64,000 nt of DNA from the human T2T-CHM13v2.0 reference genome, Homo sapiens. Location: NCBI RefSeq assembly GCF_009914755.1, contig NC_060932.1. The stretch is one strand, 5' to 3'. This document shows, piece by piece, positions 26,900-43,849 of this stretch. Positions within the stretch are counted from its first letter, which is position 1. The number at the start of each line of letters is the position of its first letter. The notes under the pieces are model-generated. The model worked only from the letters and a program-made list of their open reading frames with translations, had not been told where the DNA came from and did not search any database. The position numbers were made by a program, and so were the translations under genes.

Positions 26900-27915
26900 A
26901 TGGGGAAAAAACAGAACAGAAAAACTGGAAACTCTAAAAAGCAGAGTACCTCTCCTCCTCCAAAGGAACACAGTTCCTCACCAGCAATGGAACAAAGCTG
27001 GATGGAGAATGACTTTGATGAGCTGAGAGAAGAAGGCTTCAGACGATCAAATTATTCTGAGCTACGGGAGGACATTCAAACCAAAGACAAAGAAGTTGAA
27101 AACTTTGAAAAAAATTTAGAAGAATGTATAACTAGAATAACCAATACAGAGAAGTGCTTAAAGGAGCTGATGGAGCTGAAAACCAAGGCTCGAGAACTAG
27201 TGAAGAATGCAGAAGCCTCAGAAGCTGATGCGATCAACTGGAAGAAAGGGTATCAGCGATGGAAGATGAAATGAATGAAATGAAGTGACAAGGGAAGTTT
27301 AGAGAAAAAAGAATAAAAAGAAATGAGCAAAGCCTCCAAGAAATATGGGACTATGTGAAAAGACCAAATCTACGTCTCATTGGTGTACCTGAAAGTGATG
27401 GGGAGAATGGAACCAAGTTGGAAAACACTCTGCAGGATATTATCCAGGAGAACTTCCCCAATCTAGAAAGGCGGGCCAACGTTCAGATTCAGGAAATACA
27501 GAGAACGCCACGAAGATACTCCTCGAGAAGAGCAACTCCAAGACACATAATTGTCAGATTCACCAAAGTTGAAATGAAGGAAAAAATGTTAAGGGCAGCC
27601 AGAGAGAAAGGTCGGGTTACCCACAAAGGGAAGCCCATCAGACTAACAGCAGATCTCTCAGCAGAAACCCTACAAGCCAGAAGAGAGTGGAGGCCAATAT
27701 TCAACATTTTTAAAGAAAAGAATTTTCAACCCAGAATTTCATATCCAGCCAAACTAAGCTTCATAAGCGAAGGAGAAATAAAATACTTTACAGACAAGCA
27801 AATGCTGAGAGATTTTGTCACCACCAGGCCTGCCCTAAAAGAGCTCCTGAAGGACGCGCTAAACATGGAAAGGAACAACCGGTACCAGCCACTGCAAAAT
27901 CATGCCAAAATGTAA
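26900..27915 (+). pseudogene. L1 ORF1p, disrupted
   Basis: MGKKQNRKTGNSK...QNHAKM*. Frameshift near 27199 and CGA>TGA stops split it into 124-aa and 186-aa pieces. Confidence 0.95.
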
Positions 27916-27978
27916 AGACCATCAAGACTAGGAAGAAACTGCATCAACTAACGAGCAAAATAACCAGCTAACATCATA

Positions 27979-31803
<3,825 letters not shown>

Positions 31804-32066
31804 ACAATGAGATCACATGGACACAGGAAGGGGAATATCACACTCTGGGGACTGTTGTGGGGTGGGGGGAGGGGGGAGGGATAGTATTGGGAGATATACC
31901 TAATGCTAGATGACGAGTTAGTGGGTGCGGCGCACCAGCATGGCACATGTATACATATGTAACTAACCTGCACAATGTGCACATGTACCCTAGAACTTAA
32001 AGTATAATAAAAAAAAAAAGAAAAGAAAAAGACATTATAATAAAAAAAAAATAAAGTCGAATTGTC

Positions 32067-32810
32067 TTTTTGTGGCTGTCTTCCTTCACTCAGCATAAAT
32101 GTCCTCAAGGGTCATCGTGTTGTAGCATATATCAGAATTCCCTTTATCTTTAAGGCTGAAGAAAATTTCATTGTACGTATATATCACATTTTGCTTATCT
32201 ACTCATTCTTCGATGGACACTTGAGTTGCTTCCACCTTTCAGGTGTTGTGAATAATGCTGCCGTGAACATGGGTGTACAAATCTCTCTTTAAGATCCTGA
32301 TTTCAGTTCTCTTGGGTATATACTCAGAAGCAGAATTGCTGGGTCATATGGTAATTTTATTTTTGTTTTTTGAGAAACTGCCATGATGTTTTCCATTGTG
32401 GCTGCACCATTTTACATTCCTGTCAATATTGCAGAAGGGTTCCAATTTCTCCACATCCTCACCAACACTTGTTATTTTCTGGAGTTTTGGTTTTTTAATA
32501 TAGTAGACATCTTAATGGATGTGAGGTGATATCTCATTGTGGCTTTTATTTGCATTTCCCTAACAATTAGTGCTGTTGAGCATCTTTTCACGTATTTATT
32601 GGCCAATTGTATATCTTCTTTGGGGAAATGTCTATTCATGTCCTTTGCCTATTTTCAAATCAAGTTTTTATTGTTGACATTGTTGAGTTGTCGGAGTTCT
32701 CTATGTATTCTGGATATTAACCCCTATCAGATATACAATTTGCAAATATTTTCTCTGATTCCATAGATTGCCTTTCCATTGTGTTGATTGTGTCCTTTGA
32801 TGAGAAGAAG
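32067..32810 (-). mobile_element. L1MB-type old LINE-1, right part
   Basis: ttcactcagcataaatgtcctcaagg...ccaatttctccacatcctcaccaacacttg, ORF2 end and 3'UTR in antisense. Confidence 0.8.
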
Positions 32811-32990
32811 TCATTTACTTGTTTATTATGCTTACTGTTTTGATTTCTGTCTCCCCTCTAAAATGCAGTCTCTGTGAGGGCCAGGCCATACGTATTTCGT
32901 CCATGGCTGCATCCCCAGTGCTATGAACAGTGCTTGGCACTTAGTAGGATCTCAATAAATATTTGCCAAATAGCTGAATATGTGAATGGA
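32811..32990 (+). mobile_element. L2 3' terminus
   Basis: cagtgcttggcacttagtaggatctcaataaatatttg...gaatg. Confidence 0.75.
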
Positions 32991-33949
32991 CAGATTAAAG
33001 ATATGGTCTGGGCTTCTTGCAGTTCCTAAAACCCATGTGTGGTGCAAAAGTGAAAAAAATCTGAAGCATAATTAACAGTTATTTTAAAAATGCTCTAAAA
33101 CAATAGCTTACACATAGGTTTCTTGAATGAAGGGCTTTTTAAAAACTCTTCTCCCATATGTAGCTGGTTTCCCAGGCTAGTTGGAAAGCATGCCTGCCTC
33201 CTTCTTTGGAATCCATTAAAGTGACAAATGCCAACTCTGAACACAAACCGTGTTCATTCCATTTCACCCACCCTGTATTATTGGCTCTCCTTGCCCCTAC
33301 CCGGCCTCTTAATACCTGGCTGCTCTCCCGGTCTTCTTCCCTGTCTGAGCTTCTCCCCATGGCCCTTTCTCACATTGCCCCATATCTGCTTTATGTCGAA
33401 GGTCCCAGCCCGGCTCTGTCAGGGATTACTTTGCTTCCATTGTTCTGCCGAGGACCACACACTGGGGCACGGCTCAGGTACCCTTTAGTCTAAGGAGGCC
33501 TGTGGGAACCTTGGAGAAAGGAATAAAGGGGGGCAATGATTGAGCAGTACTTAGGAGGGGCCAGTTACATGTCAACCCCGATTAATGATAATGGTAATTT
33601 AGAATCTGCTTATGGTTTCTATTGTTAGGCTTTGCCAAGAAGTTTCCGACATGGTATTTCAAAGGGTTCCGGGGCTGGCTGATGCTGCAGACTTAACCTT
33701 CTACTGCAGGGAGATCAGCGAGCAGGGTGTGTGTGGCTTCAGAGGAGCGGCTTGCCTGAAACAGTGTGCCCTGTCATTAATGCGGGTCCTGTCTGGTCAG
33801 GTGCATCTCTTCCTTCATGTTCACCAGGATCCACCCACTCCAGTGCAGCAATAGAGACAAGAGGACTTTGATTATTCTCATGACAAAGACAAATTGTTGA
33901 GATTGTCCCTTCTCCTTTACTCCCTCTTCTAGGTTGCTATGTTCACGCA

Positions 33950-33952
<3 letters not shown>

Positions 33953-33989
<37 letters not shown>
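33953..33989. repeat. A37 homopolymer
   Basis: Read directly from the sequence. Confidence 0.95.
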
Positions 33990-33991
<2 letters not shown>

Positions 33992-34049
33992 ATACTTCCA
34001 ACTGAGAACAATGAACTTTAGCAAGCTTTGTTGTCCAGGAGAGAGGCAA

Positions 34050-34310
34050 CCTATAAATAAGGTTAAGTGTATATGAACTTGGCCACAGGCTGCTGAGATT
34101 CAAATCCTGACCCAGTTGCTTTCTAGCTTGGAGACTTGCAGCAAAACACTTAATCTCTCCGGGACTCATTTTCCACATCTGGAAAATGGGGATGATGATA
34201 AGACTTCCTTTGTCATTGATAATGAGAAATCAGTGAAGTACTGCAAGTAAAACCCTAAGAACAGCATCTGACACACAGTAAGTGCTTGTCAAATGTGCAT
34301 TATTACTATC
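34050..34310 (+). mobile_element. MIR
   Basis: gattcaaatcctgac...cttaatctctccgggactcattttccacatctggaaaatgggg. Confidence 0.7.
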
Positions 34311-34351
34311 ATTGCACAATTGGGGAAGGGTCAGAGGTCTCTTCCTTTAGA

Positions 34352-34577
34352 ACGGGGTTTCCAACCTCAGCACAGTTGACACTTTGGGCCTGATAATTCT
34401 TGGTTATGGGGGGCTGTCTGTGGATTGAAAGATGTTTAGCAGCCTCCCTGACCTCTACCTGCTAGATGCCACCTTCACTGTCCCCCCAACCACAACAATC
34501 AAAAATGCCTCCTGCCAAATGTCCCTGAAAAGGGAGGTGGAAGAGGGAAGGGAGTTTTTGCCTGGTTTTGACCTACT
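34352..34577. mobile_element. MER20 (hAT-Charlie)
   Basis: ccaacctcagcacagttgacactttgggcctgataattctt...gatgtttagcagcctccctgacctctacc. Both flanks share ctttaga. Confidence 0.8.
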
Positions 34578-37500
34578 TCTTTAGAATAAACAGCAAAAAT
34601 TCTATATAAATGCATTTCTGTGGCTATATCCCACTGTGTGAAGGCAATTTTCCTTAAACTGGGAATTTCAATATTCCTAGAGGGATTTGAAGAGTTACAA
34701 GATCACAGAAAGCGATTCCAACACGCTTTCTATCCTTGCAATCGTGGTTGGCCACTTTAGCACCTCCATCCACAATTAATCCCTGCCCTCCAGAGGGTGG
34801 CCCACCATTCATTAGCTGCTACCTGGCTCAACTCCCACCTAAAGGGCAGCAAGACCAGATGCTGCAGGCAGGACAGGGTGTGTGCCCTCCCCAAATCAAT
34901 GCTTGGCATGTACTAGATGCTTTGTGAAAGTTGATTGAATGAAAGCAAGAATTGAGTCATGCTTTAGCATAGTTTTTTTTTTTTTTCATTTTCTGTTTGT
35001 TTTTGACTCACAGAACCTCATCTTTCCAAAGAGCAGTAAATCTCACACAAAACTGAAATCTGAGCGGCAGAACAGGAAAACTAAGGCAGAAAAAATGTCC
35101 CAGCTTAGGAAAAAAACAAGAGAAATTGCAAAGGAGTGATGGTGGGGCATCTTTTGATTCCTCCATCTTCTGGGGGAAAAAAAAACTGTATTCTGTTTTT
35201 AGCTGGTAATACATTTCTTTCCATATTTTAGGGATGCAATGAGCAAGGAAAGACGAGGAGGGGGGTCCTCCTTAGAGGCTTAGAGATCAAGCAGTTCTCT
35301 CTCCCCACTTCCTGTCTGCCCCCAAAAAGAAGGCAAAGTATGTGGGCCACCTTAACAGAGCGGGTGGCCTCTCTGTTATTTCCTCTCTTCATTTCCTCCA
35401 AAGGAAAATGAAGGCTCAGAGCAGAACTGAGAGGAGAACTGAGCAATACCATCAACATCTCGCCTGAACCTAAGGTGGAGGAGAAAGTGAAGTAGTCATA
35501 CAAAAACCAGAGGAACAACTTGAGATGGTCAATGAAAGACAAATTAGGATTGACCCAGTTGCTTCTACTAGGAGTCAATCACTCTGGTCCTCTTTTTCTC
35601 TTGGCTATGATCTGGGCTCAAGTCAGTAGGCATTTGAGTTGTGAGGACGTGGTAGTATGCTCTTGGATAGAAAAAAGACCCAGAAATCCAGTTCCCCAGA
35701 AGAAAGAGACAAGTCCCCCTTTCCCTTCTCCAGAAAAACAAATAAACAAAGATAGAGACTTTAAAAAATGGTAATTTTAGGGGGGGAAAATGGGGTCATG
35801 TTGAAGGCTGTGTAAACTGAGAAGACTAACATATGGGGACAGAGGATTAGGTCCTCAGACCTCCTTCTTGGACTCTTTGCTGAAATTCCTTCTCTTCTTC
35901 CTTGTGGAATTCTGATGCCATTGATTTTTTTTTTTTTTACAAAGGTGTTCTTGTTGCTCTCATTCTCCAGGAACTGCATTTCACTCATTCTTTTCCCTGT
36001 GTTCTAATGTAGAAAGCATTCAGACAGGACATAGCATTAAACTGCTTAGACTAGGAGAGTCCCTTGAAGAGCTCTTGGATGGTGGTTTTTTGCTAATGTC
36101 CACCTTGGGCCCATTGGTTGGAATGTTGTAGATAACTGTCTTGATATTGTTGGGGATCCATTCCTTGTAGCAGCTGCTGCTCTTGCTTCTTAGTTGAGCA
36201 TGTCCTTATACACTTCCTTCATATACTTCTGTCCTCAAAAAATGATGATGATGATAACAGCAGCATGACATAGATCACATGCTGCCATCTTGTTTTGGCG
36301 TTGAGAGTTTGCTGGGTGAGCTTTGCTGCAGTCAGAGCCGAGTACTAGTAGTTTCCCAAGCTAGTGAGTGAGGCAAAATCTGACATAAAGAAGTAACATA
36401 AGGAACGGGGGCCAGGCAGACCACCAGTTTGTGGAAATTTGTATTGAACTGGCCTGGAAAGTGGAGACAGGCAGATCAAGATGGCGTGGCTCAGGTCACT
36501 GTCAATGTCAGAGGGTCAGCTTGAAGTTTCAGAAACAAAGTAGAGCACCTCATTATTTATGGTGTCCACCAACCAGTGGGCAGAGAATATGGTATGGTAT
36601 TTGGCCATGGTGCCTAAACTTTGGGTGAAGGGCTTGTGCTAGATGTTATGAGGTGATCAGGGTCCTGGATACAGACCTTGCAAATGAGAAGGGTGCCCAT
36701 GCCGGAGCCCATGCCCCCATCTAGCCATTGAGTCCATAGGAAGCCTTGAGGCCTGTAATGGCTCTAGATACCTTAGATACGATATCACGATGGAGGCTGT
36801 CAGCTCTGCTTCCTTCCTTCTGTGGCCATAGCCTGCTCCAGACTGACTAAAGACAAAGTCGTCTGGCCTGAAGATCTGGTCAAAATGATGTGAGCAAACA
36901 TATTTCATAGTCCTTGATATAGAATCATCCTAGATGGCAAAAGAAATCAATCAACTACCTGTAGCCTTATTGAAACACCTGAAGATCTGGTCTGGCTACA
37001 GATCACTGTTCTATTGTAAGTGCTGGCAGGCTTGATGCTGTGCTCGTCACTGAGCAACAACCAGAACTTAGTATATACTTGATTGCCACCCTACACAGCT
37101 TGGATATGCAGGATTTCCCTCAGATGGAGAATTTACTTTTATGTTTATCTTTCACAGTATGTGAAGAACAAGAGAATAGTACATGTTTTTTGCTTATTGC
37201 ACACTTTAAGAATGGGACATGTCCCAGGAAGCTGCAGCCACTATATTTGAGTCCAGAGATTCTGAGATTGCTGCAGCTCTGGCTGTTCAATTATTTTCCT
37301 TCTAATTCCTTGTACCCATCTTAGTTCAGAAGCTTTTGAAGGCCAAAAGATGATGCCTTCTCCATTCTATTAACTGTCACTGTGCCTAAGAGTGTTCAAG
37401 ACTGGCCAACGATTCAATAATCATTGGCTATTTAAAAGAAAAAGCTTTGCAGGCTGTCGACTTAACAGATACCTCTTGTGCTCATCATTTCTCAAACATG

Positions 37501-38789
37501 GTACGTGGGTGGATTTGGCCTGAAAGAAGGAGAAATTTCAGGGGTATAAGACAGCAATTTTTCAGGGCTCCATTATTTTCTGTTGCTCACTTTTCTTGTT
37601 GTCAGAACTGAAGAAGCACCAGCTACACATACATCAAGATAAGAGCTGCGCTTCCATTAATGAAAGGGGAGGGTGTGTTGGGAATAAAGGAGTTTTTTAC
37701 ATTGCAAATGGGAAAAGGGAATTTGTTTTAAGGCCTTATCTGGCTTTTGATCATCTGGACAGGCTTACAGAAGAGAAAAGTTGGTGTTTATTTTAAAGAC
37801 AAAAATTGCTTTTCCTTGCATCAAATATGTTTTGCAGCTGCTTATACACATTGCTCTGAGAGGCAAACAAGGTAGACCTGTTCAGCCTAGGTATACAAGA
37901 CAGTCAGCATATTAATAAAGAAAAGTGTACTTATTGTACTTAATGCAACCAGTTTGTAAAAGGCAAGAGGACTTTCAAAATCCATGTCTGACTGCCTAAA
38001 TGAACAGCATCCTACAATAACCAGAGGGTGCCACAGTTAATAAGCAAGTGTCCATTCATATTAAGAGAAACAAAACAGGAAAACAGAAACACATTCATCT
38101 GGTTCCTCTTTTCCAATGTGGGACCAAGACTCTGAGAGAGAACAAAGCTCATCTAGACTGCCAATACCCAAACCAGGGGTTGTTTCAGGTATCCATTAGC
38201 TGCACAACTCTTACTAACTTATGCTAGCTATGCAGTCACCTCCCTGAGGCTCCCTCTGAGCTCAAACTCACACACTTATCCCCAGTCTACCGACCACCCA
38301 GCACTGTATTTACATCTGACTGCTGCTCTCTTTCAATAAAGCACCTCTAGGGAGAATATGGTGTCTTTTCTACCTCTAATTCTTAACATGTTGTTTGGCA
38401 GATGCTAATAAACTTTTGCTGAGCAAATAAATGAAACAGTGAATGAATGAATGAATGAATGGGCATCCACCGGTGTTACAGAGTGTGACTATCATCACTG
38501 CATGTTGTTCTCTTTGTGTACATGAGAAAAAATACCGCACCCCCAGGGTGGCTTTAATTCCTAGGTTAGTGTTCATCAATGAAATCTACTACAGTCCAAG
38601 GGTACCTCTTCATGGATGTTAAAAGCCTGGCTAGCCCCGGTCAGTTAATCCTTTCCTTTTATTTCCTATCAACCTTATCTCAATGGACTCTTTGCTTCTG
38701 CCTCCTTTCTGCTCTTATCCTCAAATACCTCCCTTCTTCACTCACTTTTTTGTGCTTCCATAACATTCCGCCTACATCCTTTCATCAGT

Positions 38790-39360
38790 TTTAACTCTTC
38801 TTATGGCAACTAGGAAAACCCAATCCAAATGGCTTAATCAAAAGAAAACTAATCTAGTGCTCATACAGTTGAAAATTGCAGGGCTAGGACTGGCTTCAGG
38901 CATAGGGCTCAGATGATTTCATGAAGACCCAGTTTCTCTCTCCATCTATTAATTGTGCATTCCACTATGTTGTCTGCATTCCCTGATAGACTCTCCCGCC
39001 TCGTGGTTGTAAAATGTCTGGAGCATCTCCAGTTTATAGTCTTCTACACTCAAGTCCTTGATGAAAGAGCCTTCTCCATCAATAGCTTCATTAAAAAAAT
39101 CCCAGGGTTGAGCCTTCCTAGCTCTGACTTGAGCTTGGTGCATACTCATGTACAAATCATTATGCCCAGGGGGCGAAATACACTATTAGAATTGGATGAA
39201 GTTACCCCAATGCTGGGACTCAGTATCATCAGCTAAACTCCAAGCACGCAGGCTAAACACTGAATAAAGGTGGTTTCCCCAAAACAAAATCAGGGCATTC
39301 TTGATTCAAGAAGTGTGTATGAATGTTGAGTGGCAAAAACAACAAACAACCACTACAATC
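38790..39360 (-). mobile_element. Old MaLR LTR (MLT1K/L-like)
   Basis: ggaaaacccaatccaaatggcttaa...ggcttcagggcatag...ggtttccccaaaacaaaatcagg. Confidence 0.55.
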
Positions 39361-41251
39361 CTAAACTTGCTTTCTGCTTTTCTCTTCTCATCTTCTCTGT
39401 GTCATTCGGCACCCACATGAGCCAGATATTCTTTTTCTTCTCTTCCCTTCTCTACTGATATCTCTATTGATATCTTGGTATCTACCTCAGACACATATTA
39501 GTCCCATTTTTGTCCCTGGCTGTTCTCTGCCTCTTCAGTAATTTCCCTCTTTCGGCCATCCCCCAATTTCTACCTGGATTTTAACTTCCCATCATTATCT
39601 TCAAGACTTGGAGTACCTGCTGGTAAGAATCCTCGGACCAGAACTGTAACATCTGCTGGAACTGTTTGCTTTCTTCAGTGACCACAGACTCTCCCTCATT
39701 TTTCATCAGCATTTTCCTTCTGTTTCTATAACCCCATCAAAACCAAATATACCCAGGCTTCCCCATCCATCTTAGGAAACAAGACAAAACCACTTTCATT
39801 TAGCCTTGGCAGCATGCCCGCCTCCACCTTTCTCCTTCCTGTTCCCTGTCCCCTCCCCACCATCAAACTATCACTCCATCTCAACCCTCCCCTCCAGGCT
39901 TAAGCTCTCTGAACTTGTCTCTGCTTTCTTTCACCAAACTCATTTCTTACATCCCTGCAGTTCTGTTTCTGGGACTGTCTCCTTTCACCGCCTTCCCAAA
40001 GATTTCCTCATAGTCAAAATATTTGAGTCCTCTCTCTCTCTCTCTCTCTCACCTTCCACATCCAAATTGTCCTCAAGACCTTCCAAATAGACCCTGCAAG
40101 TGTCCCCTCACTCCATCTCTTCCTCTCTATTCCTCTGCTTCTGACAGATTGGGAATTCTCTTGCAGCTTCTCTCCTCCCCTGTTTCCCTTGCTCCATCCA
40201 GACTCTCCATCCTTCCACGTCCTTCAAGCCAATGCTCACAGCGAGTTTGTGAAACACTCTCCTACTTTAAGAACTGTTCCTGGCAAACCATGAGATAAAA
40301 TTCTTATGCTCCAGCTTGAAATGCAAGGCTGCCCATCCTGCATCCTCGCCTGCATCCTCACCTGCCCTCACAATCCTAGAGATGTTCTGTACTGCAGCCG
40401 CACCTCCCTGCATGTGCTCACACAATCCTTCCACCTTCCCCCACTTGTACAACTAGGAAATCCCTATGCTTTCCTCAAGGTTCTCACCAGCCATCTCCAA
40501 CTCTGACACTAATTTGGCCCCTCTCAAGCAGCCTCCCTCTCCCCACCTTGAAGCAGAATTCACCCCTTCGTGACTGTGCTCCTCAAACAACACTGAGAAC
40601 AACTGCTTGTGATTGTCTTAAAGCACCAGACCCTGAGAGCTGCCTCCCTGCATCTCTGTCTCCAAGCCTCGCACAGTGCCTGGCACACACAGCAAGTGAC
40701 ATCTTCACCACCCCTCTCTCCACACCCGAAGCTTCATCTGCTCTACATCTCTTCCATTCCCCAAATTATTGCCTCTCCAGTGTCGCTTCTGTTCCTTTGA
40801 TGTGACCCACTAACATCCACAGAGCCTTCACACTTCTTTCTAGATATCATTATCCTGGAAAATCAAATCTGCTCCTAAGCACCCACTTCCCGGCTTAGCT
40901 CCATGTCCTTTCTTCACATCAGTCCTGCTTCCTCTACCTGTGCACAATTTCATTCATCTAACAGGCACTGATTGGTTCTTCCACATTGTTTATGTAATAA
41001 ATATCTATTGTCCCTGGGGATCTTGCCATCATATGGAACATTACATCTTTCCCTCATGGTCCCCCTCACTGACTGCTCACTGTCCTTGTTGACTGGACAT
41101 AACCAGGTAGGTCACTTTTCACTATTCCTATCATCCTGCTTTTTCGTTTGTTTGTTTACAACCATCTCTTCAAGATCTCTCTCTCCCCCTGCGTGTGCAT
41201 TGCTAAGTATGTGATTTATTCCTTGACCCTCAGCCATATGTAAACTAAGGC

Positions 41252-41383
41252 CAGGGTGACTGTGTAATTTAACAACCAAACAGGATACCTGGGCAGTGAA
41301 CAAAGGAGCTATTAATAGTTTTGCCTGGGCAGTAAGTATAAACTGGGACCTTCCTTGACCAATCAGTACATCTGGCTTTCCTA
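41252..41383. mobile_element. MER94-like (hAT-Blackjack)
   Basis: agggtgactgtgtaattt...gctattaatag...aaactgggac...ccta. Degenerate 8-bp TSD actaaggc / actgcggc. Confidence 0.6.
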
Positions 41384-42809
41384 ACTGCGGCCTTATTACT
41401 TGAATTTTTACCCACCAGGTTCCAACACTTAAATGCTACCACCATGGCGTGATGTGGCCAGCATCATCTTCTTACCCTTCATTCCAGCCTCAGTACTCTT
41501 TAGTAATTTCCACTGCTTTTAGCATGAAATTCATACTCTTCCTCCTGGAGTTTGCCACAAGCCTGTCAGACCCAAAGTCTTTGTTTGATCTGCTGTCAAG
41601 CAAATACTGGCAACTTCTGTCCATTTCTTTCTCTCTCTCTGAAAGATTTCCATCCAGTCCTGACCTGCAGGAATTACCTCCTCTTCGTAGTTCAGATTTT
41701 CCCTTCTCTTTCCAATTAAAACCCACCTTGAAGCTCACCTTCACCAGGAATTCCACCATGATGGTAAAGAATCTGGAGAGGAAATATTCCTATCCAAAGC
41801 CAAATATCAACCTGCCCTATTTATTTCCATTCTGCTTTATCTATAAGAAAGAGACAGAGTAAATGAATAAGGGGGGAAATGTTGCTGTTCATCTACACCT
41901 TTTTTAAATATTTTAACCTTGCAGATACAACTCATGCCTTCTGCATGTTTCAAGCACCAGCCTCTGGATTAGCACATGTGTATTTTGAGAATAACAATAT
42001 CAAGGATGTGGATGGGCTTTCAAGTAATTAATGCACGTTTGAGGATAGCTTCTGCAGATTTCAAAATAACGTTGCCCAAAATGGTACCTAAGGGCTCAGA
42101 GCTGCCAGAAAATATTGGTATTTTCTACTCCAACAGGATTTTTAAATTTAACAAGTGTTCTTAATCCTAAGAGTCCAAGCATCTTTGGAGCTAGGTGCCC
42201 ATTCGGAACATGTGCCTATGCATCACTCACATTCCAACAGAAGCTGCTCCCTCTTCTGGTCAACACCGAGGGAGAGTGCAGAGGGAAGAGAGATTCCCCT
42301 TTGCTCTGAGCGTGCAGAGGTGCAGTGTGAGAAAGACAGATTGTCTTGCTTTGGAAGACAATCACAAAGATGAGATAGGCTCATCTTCAACTCAATTATC
42401 ACATTTGGTTTAATCAGCTTTGTGAGACTTTCATTTTAACCAGAGTCAGAAAATGCCCACCGTCATTCTCAGCAACTCCAGAGAGTGAAAACAATCATTT
42501 CCTTTCTCCTAAAGCCTGCAGCCCTGCCAGACCACTGTATCAGTGCAGTTCTCGCACCCGCCCCGCCCCGCGCCCCGTCAGCTCCACATCGGGGAGCCTT
42601 GCCAAGCTGAAAAGGAAGGAGACGGCAGTTCGGGTCATTAGAAGGAGTTGCCAAAAAGTGCTCAGAAAATGAACAATTAATTTCGGCTGTCAAAACAGAT
42701 ACTAGAGGAGCCCAGCTAGAGTTCAAGCATTTTTTTCTCTACCAGCAAATCCAACGCTTTGTTGGTGATAAGAGATGGAGCAGATTCTGAGGATGTTTGT
42801 GAGACAGCA

Positions 42810-43050
42810 TTACACACTGGTTGAGACCACTGTGGGCTTTGGGATCAAATTGCCTGCTGTGGGTCCCACCTTTGCCTTGTTCTGGCTATGGCCAAGGGTA
42901 TTTTATTTAACCTCTCTGAGCCTCAGTTTTCTTATCTGTAAATTAGGGATAATACAAGTAGAGAGGAAGAAATGGGGGAGGATGTGCTGGATGCAGAAAA
43001 TGCACCTAGTAGTGTAAGAAGTGAATACATGGTTGGCATTTTTTATTATT
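42810..43050 (+). mobile_element. MIR
   Basis: tttaacctctctgagcctcagttttcttatctgtaaattagggataata. Confidence 0.7.
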
Positions 43051-43849
43051 ATGGGTGGTGGTGATATTTTTATGCAAAACCACTGCTTGTCTTGGAAGTT
43101 GATAAGTTAAATCTGCTTGTTTGAATCTTCTTCCTGGATGGCTAGTACCTTGCCCAAATTTCAGAAAATTTTCCGAAGATCAATTCCTTTAGGGGAATGC
43201 TTACTGGTAAGCCGCAATTTATTGACTCAGTAAAAATGTTCCCCATGAATGTAAAACCTCAAAGTAAAGAGAAATATATTTTGTTGTTGTTCTCCCCTGG
43301 TTAGGCTGCAGTGTAGATGACACATACATAAGTAAAATGGAATTTGTAAAGCAAGAAGCAGAGTATTTTGAAAAATTAAGTTTCTTATAAATCTTTAAGA
43401 AAATGCATCTGTGTCAACACAATAAAAATAATATCCCACCCTACTGGTTTTCATCTTCTAGCCCTGTGTAAGCACTAACTCATTAACCCCTTCCACCGCT
43501 ATTCAGTGGTTAGGAACTGAAGAGCGCTGCTACTGCTCTTCGGGGGGTGGAAATGAACAGTCTACCCTCATCTCCAATGACATTAGTTTCCCCCCACCAT
43601 GGGTCATAATTTTCCGGATAACTCAAGAAAGCAGTATCTTAAAAGCACATTGTACAATGACATTTAATAAAATTAAGAATAAATCATCTTCGTAATTGGG
43701 AAAAGTAGGAATTTTTTTCTTGTTTTTTTTTAAAAAAAAGCTTCACCCTACATTCCTGGCTCGTCTTTCTTTCTCTGTTCCCACTGACATGTCCCATACC
43801 ACTCTTCTTAACAACTGCGGAGTCTGGTAATCCATACTAATGCCTATTG

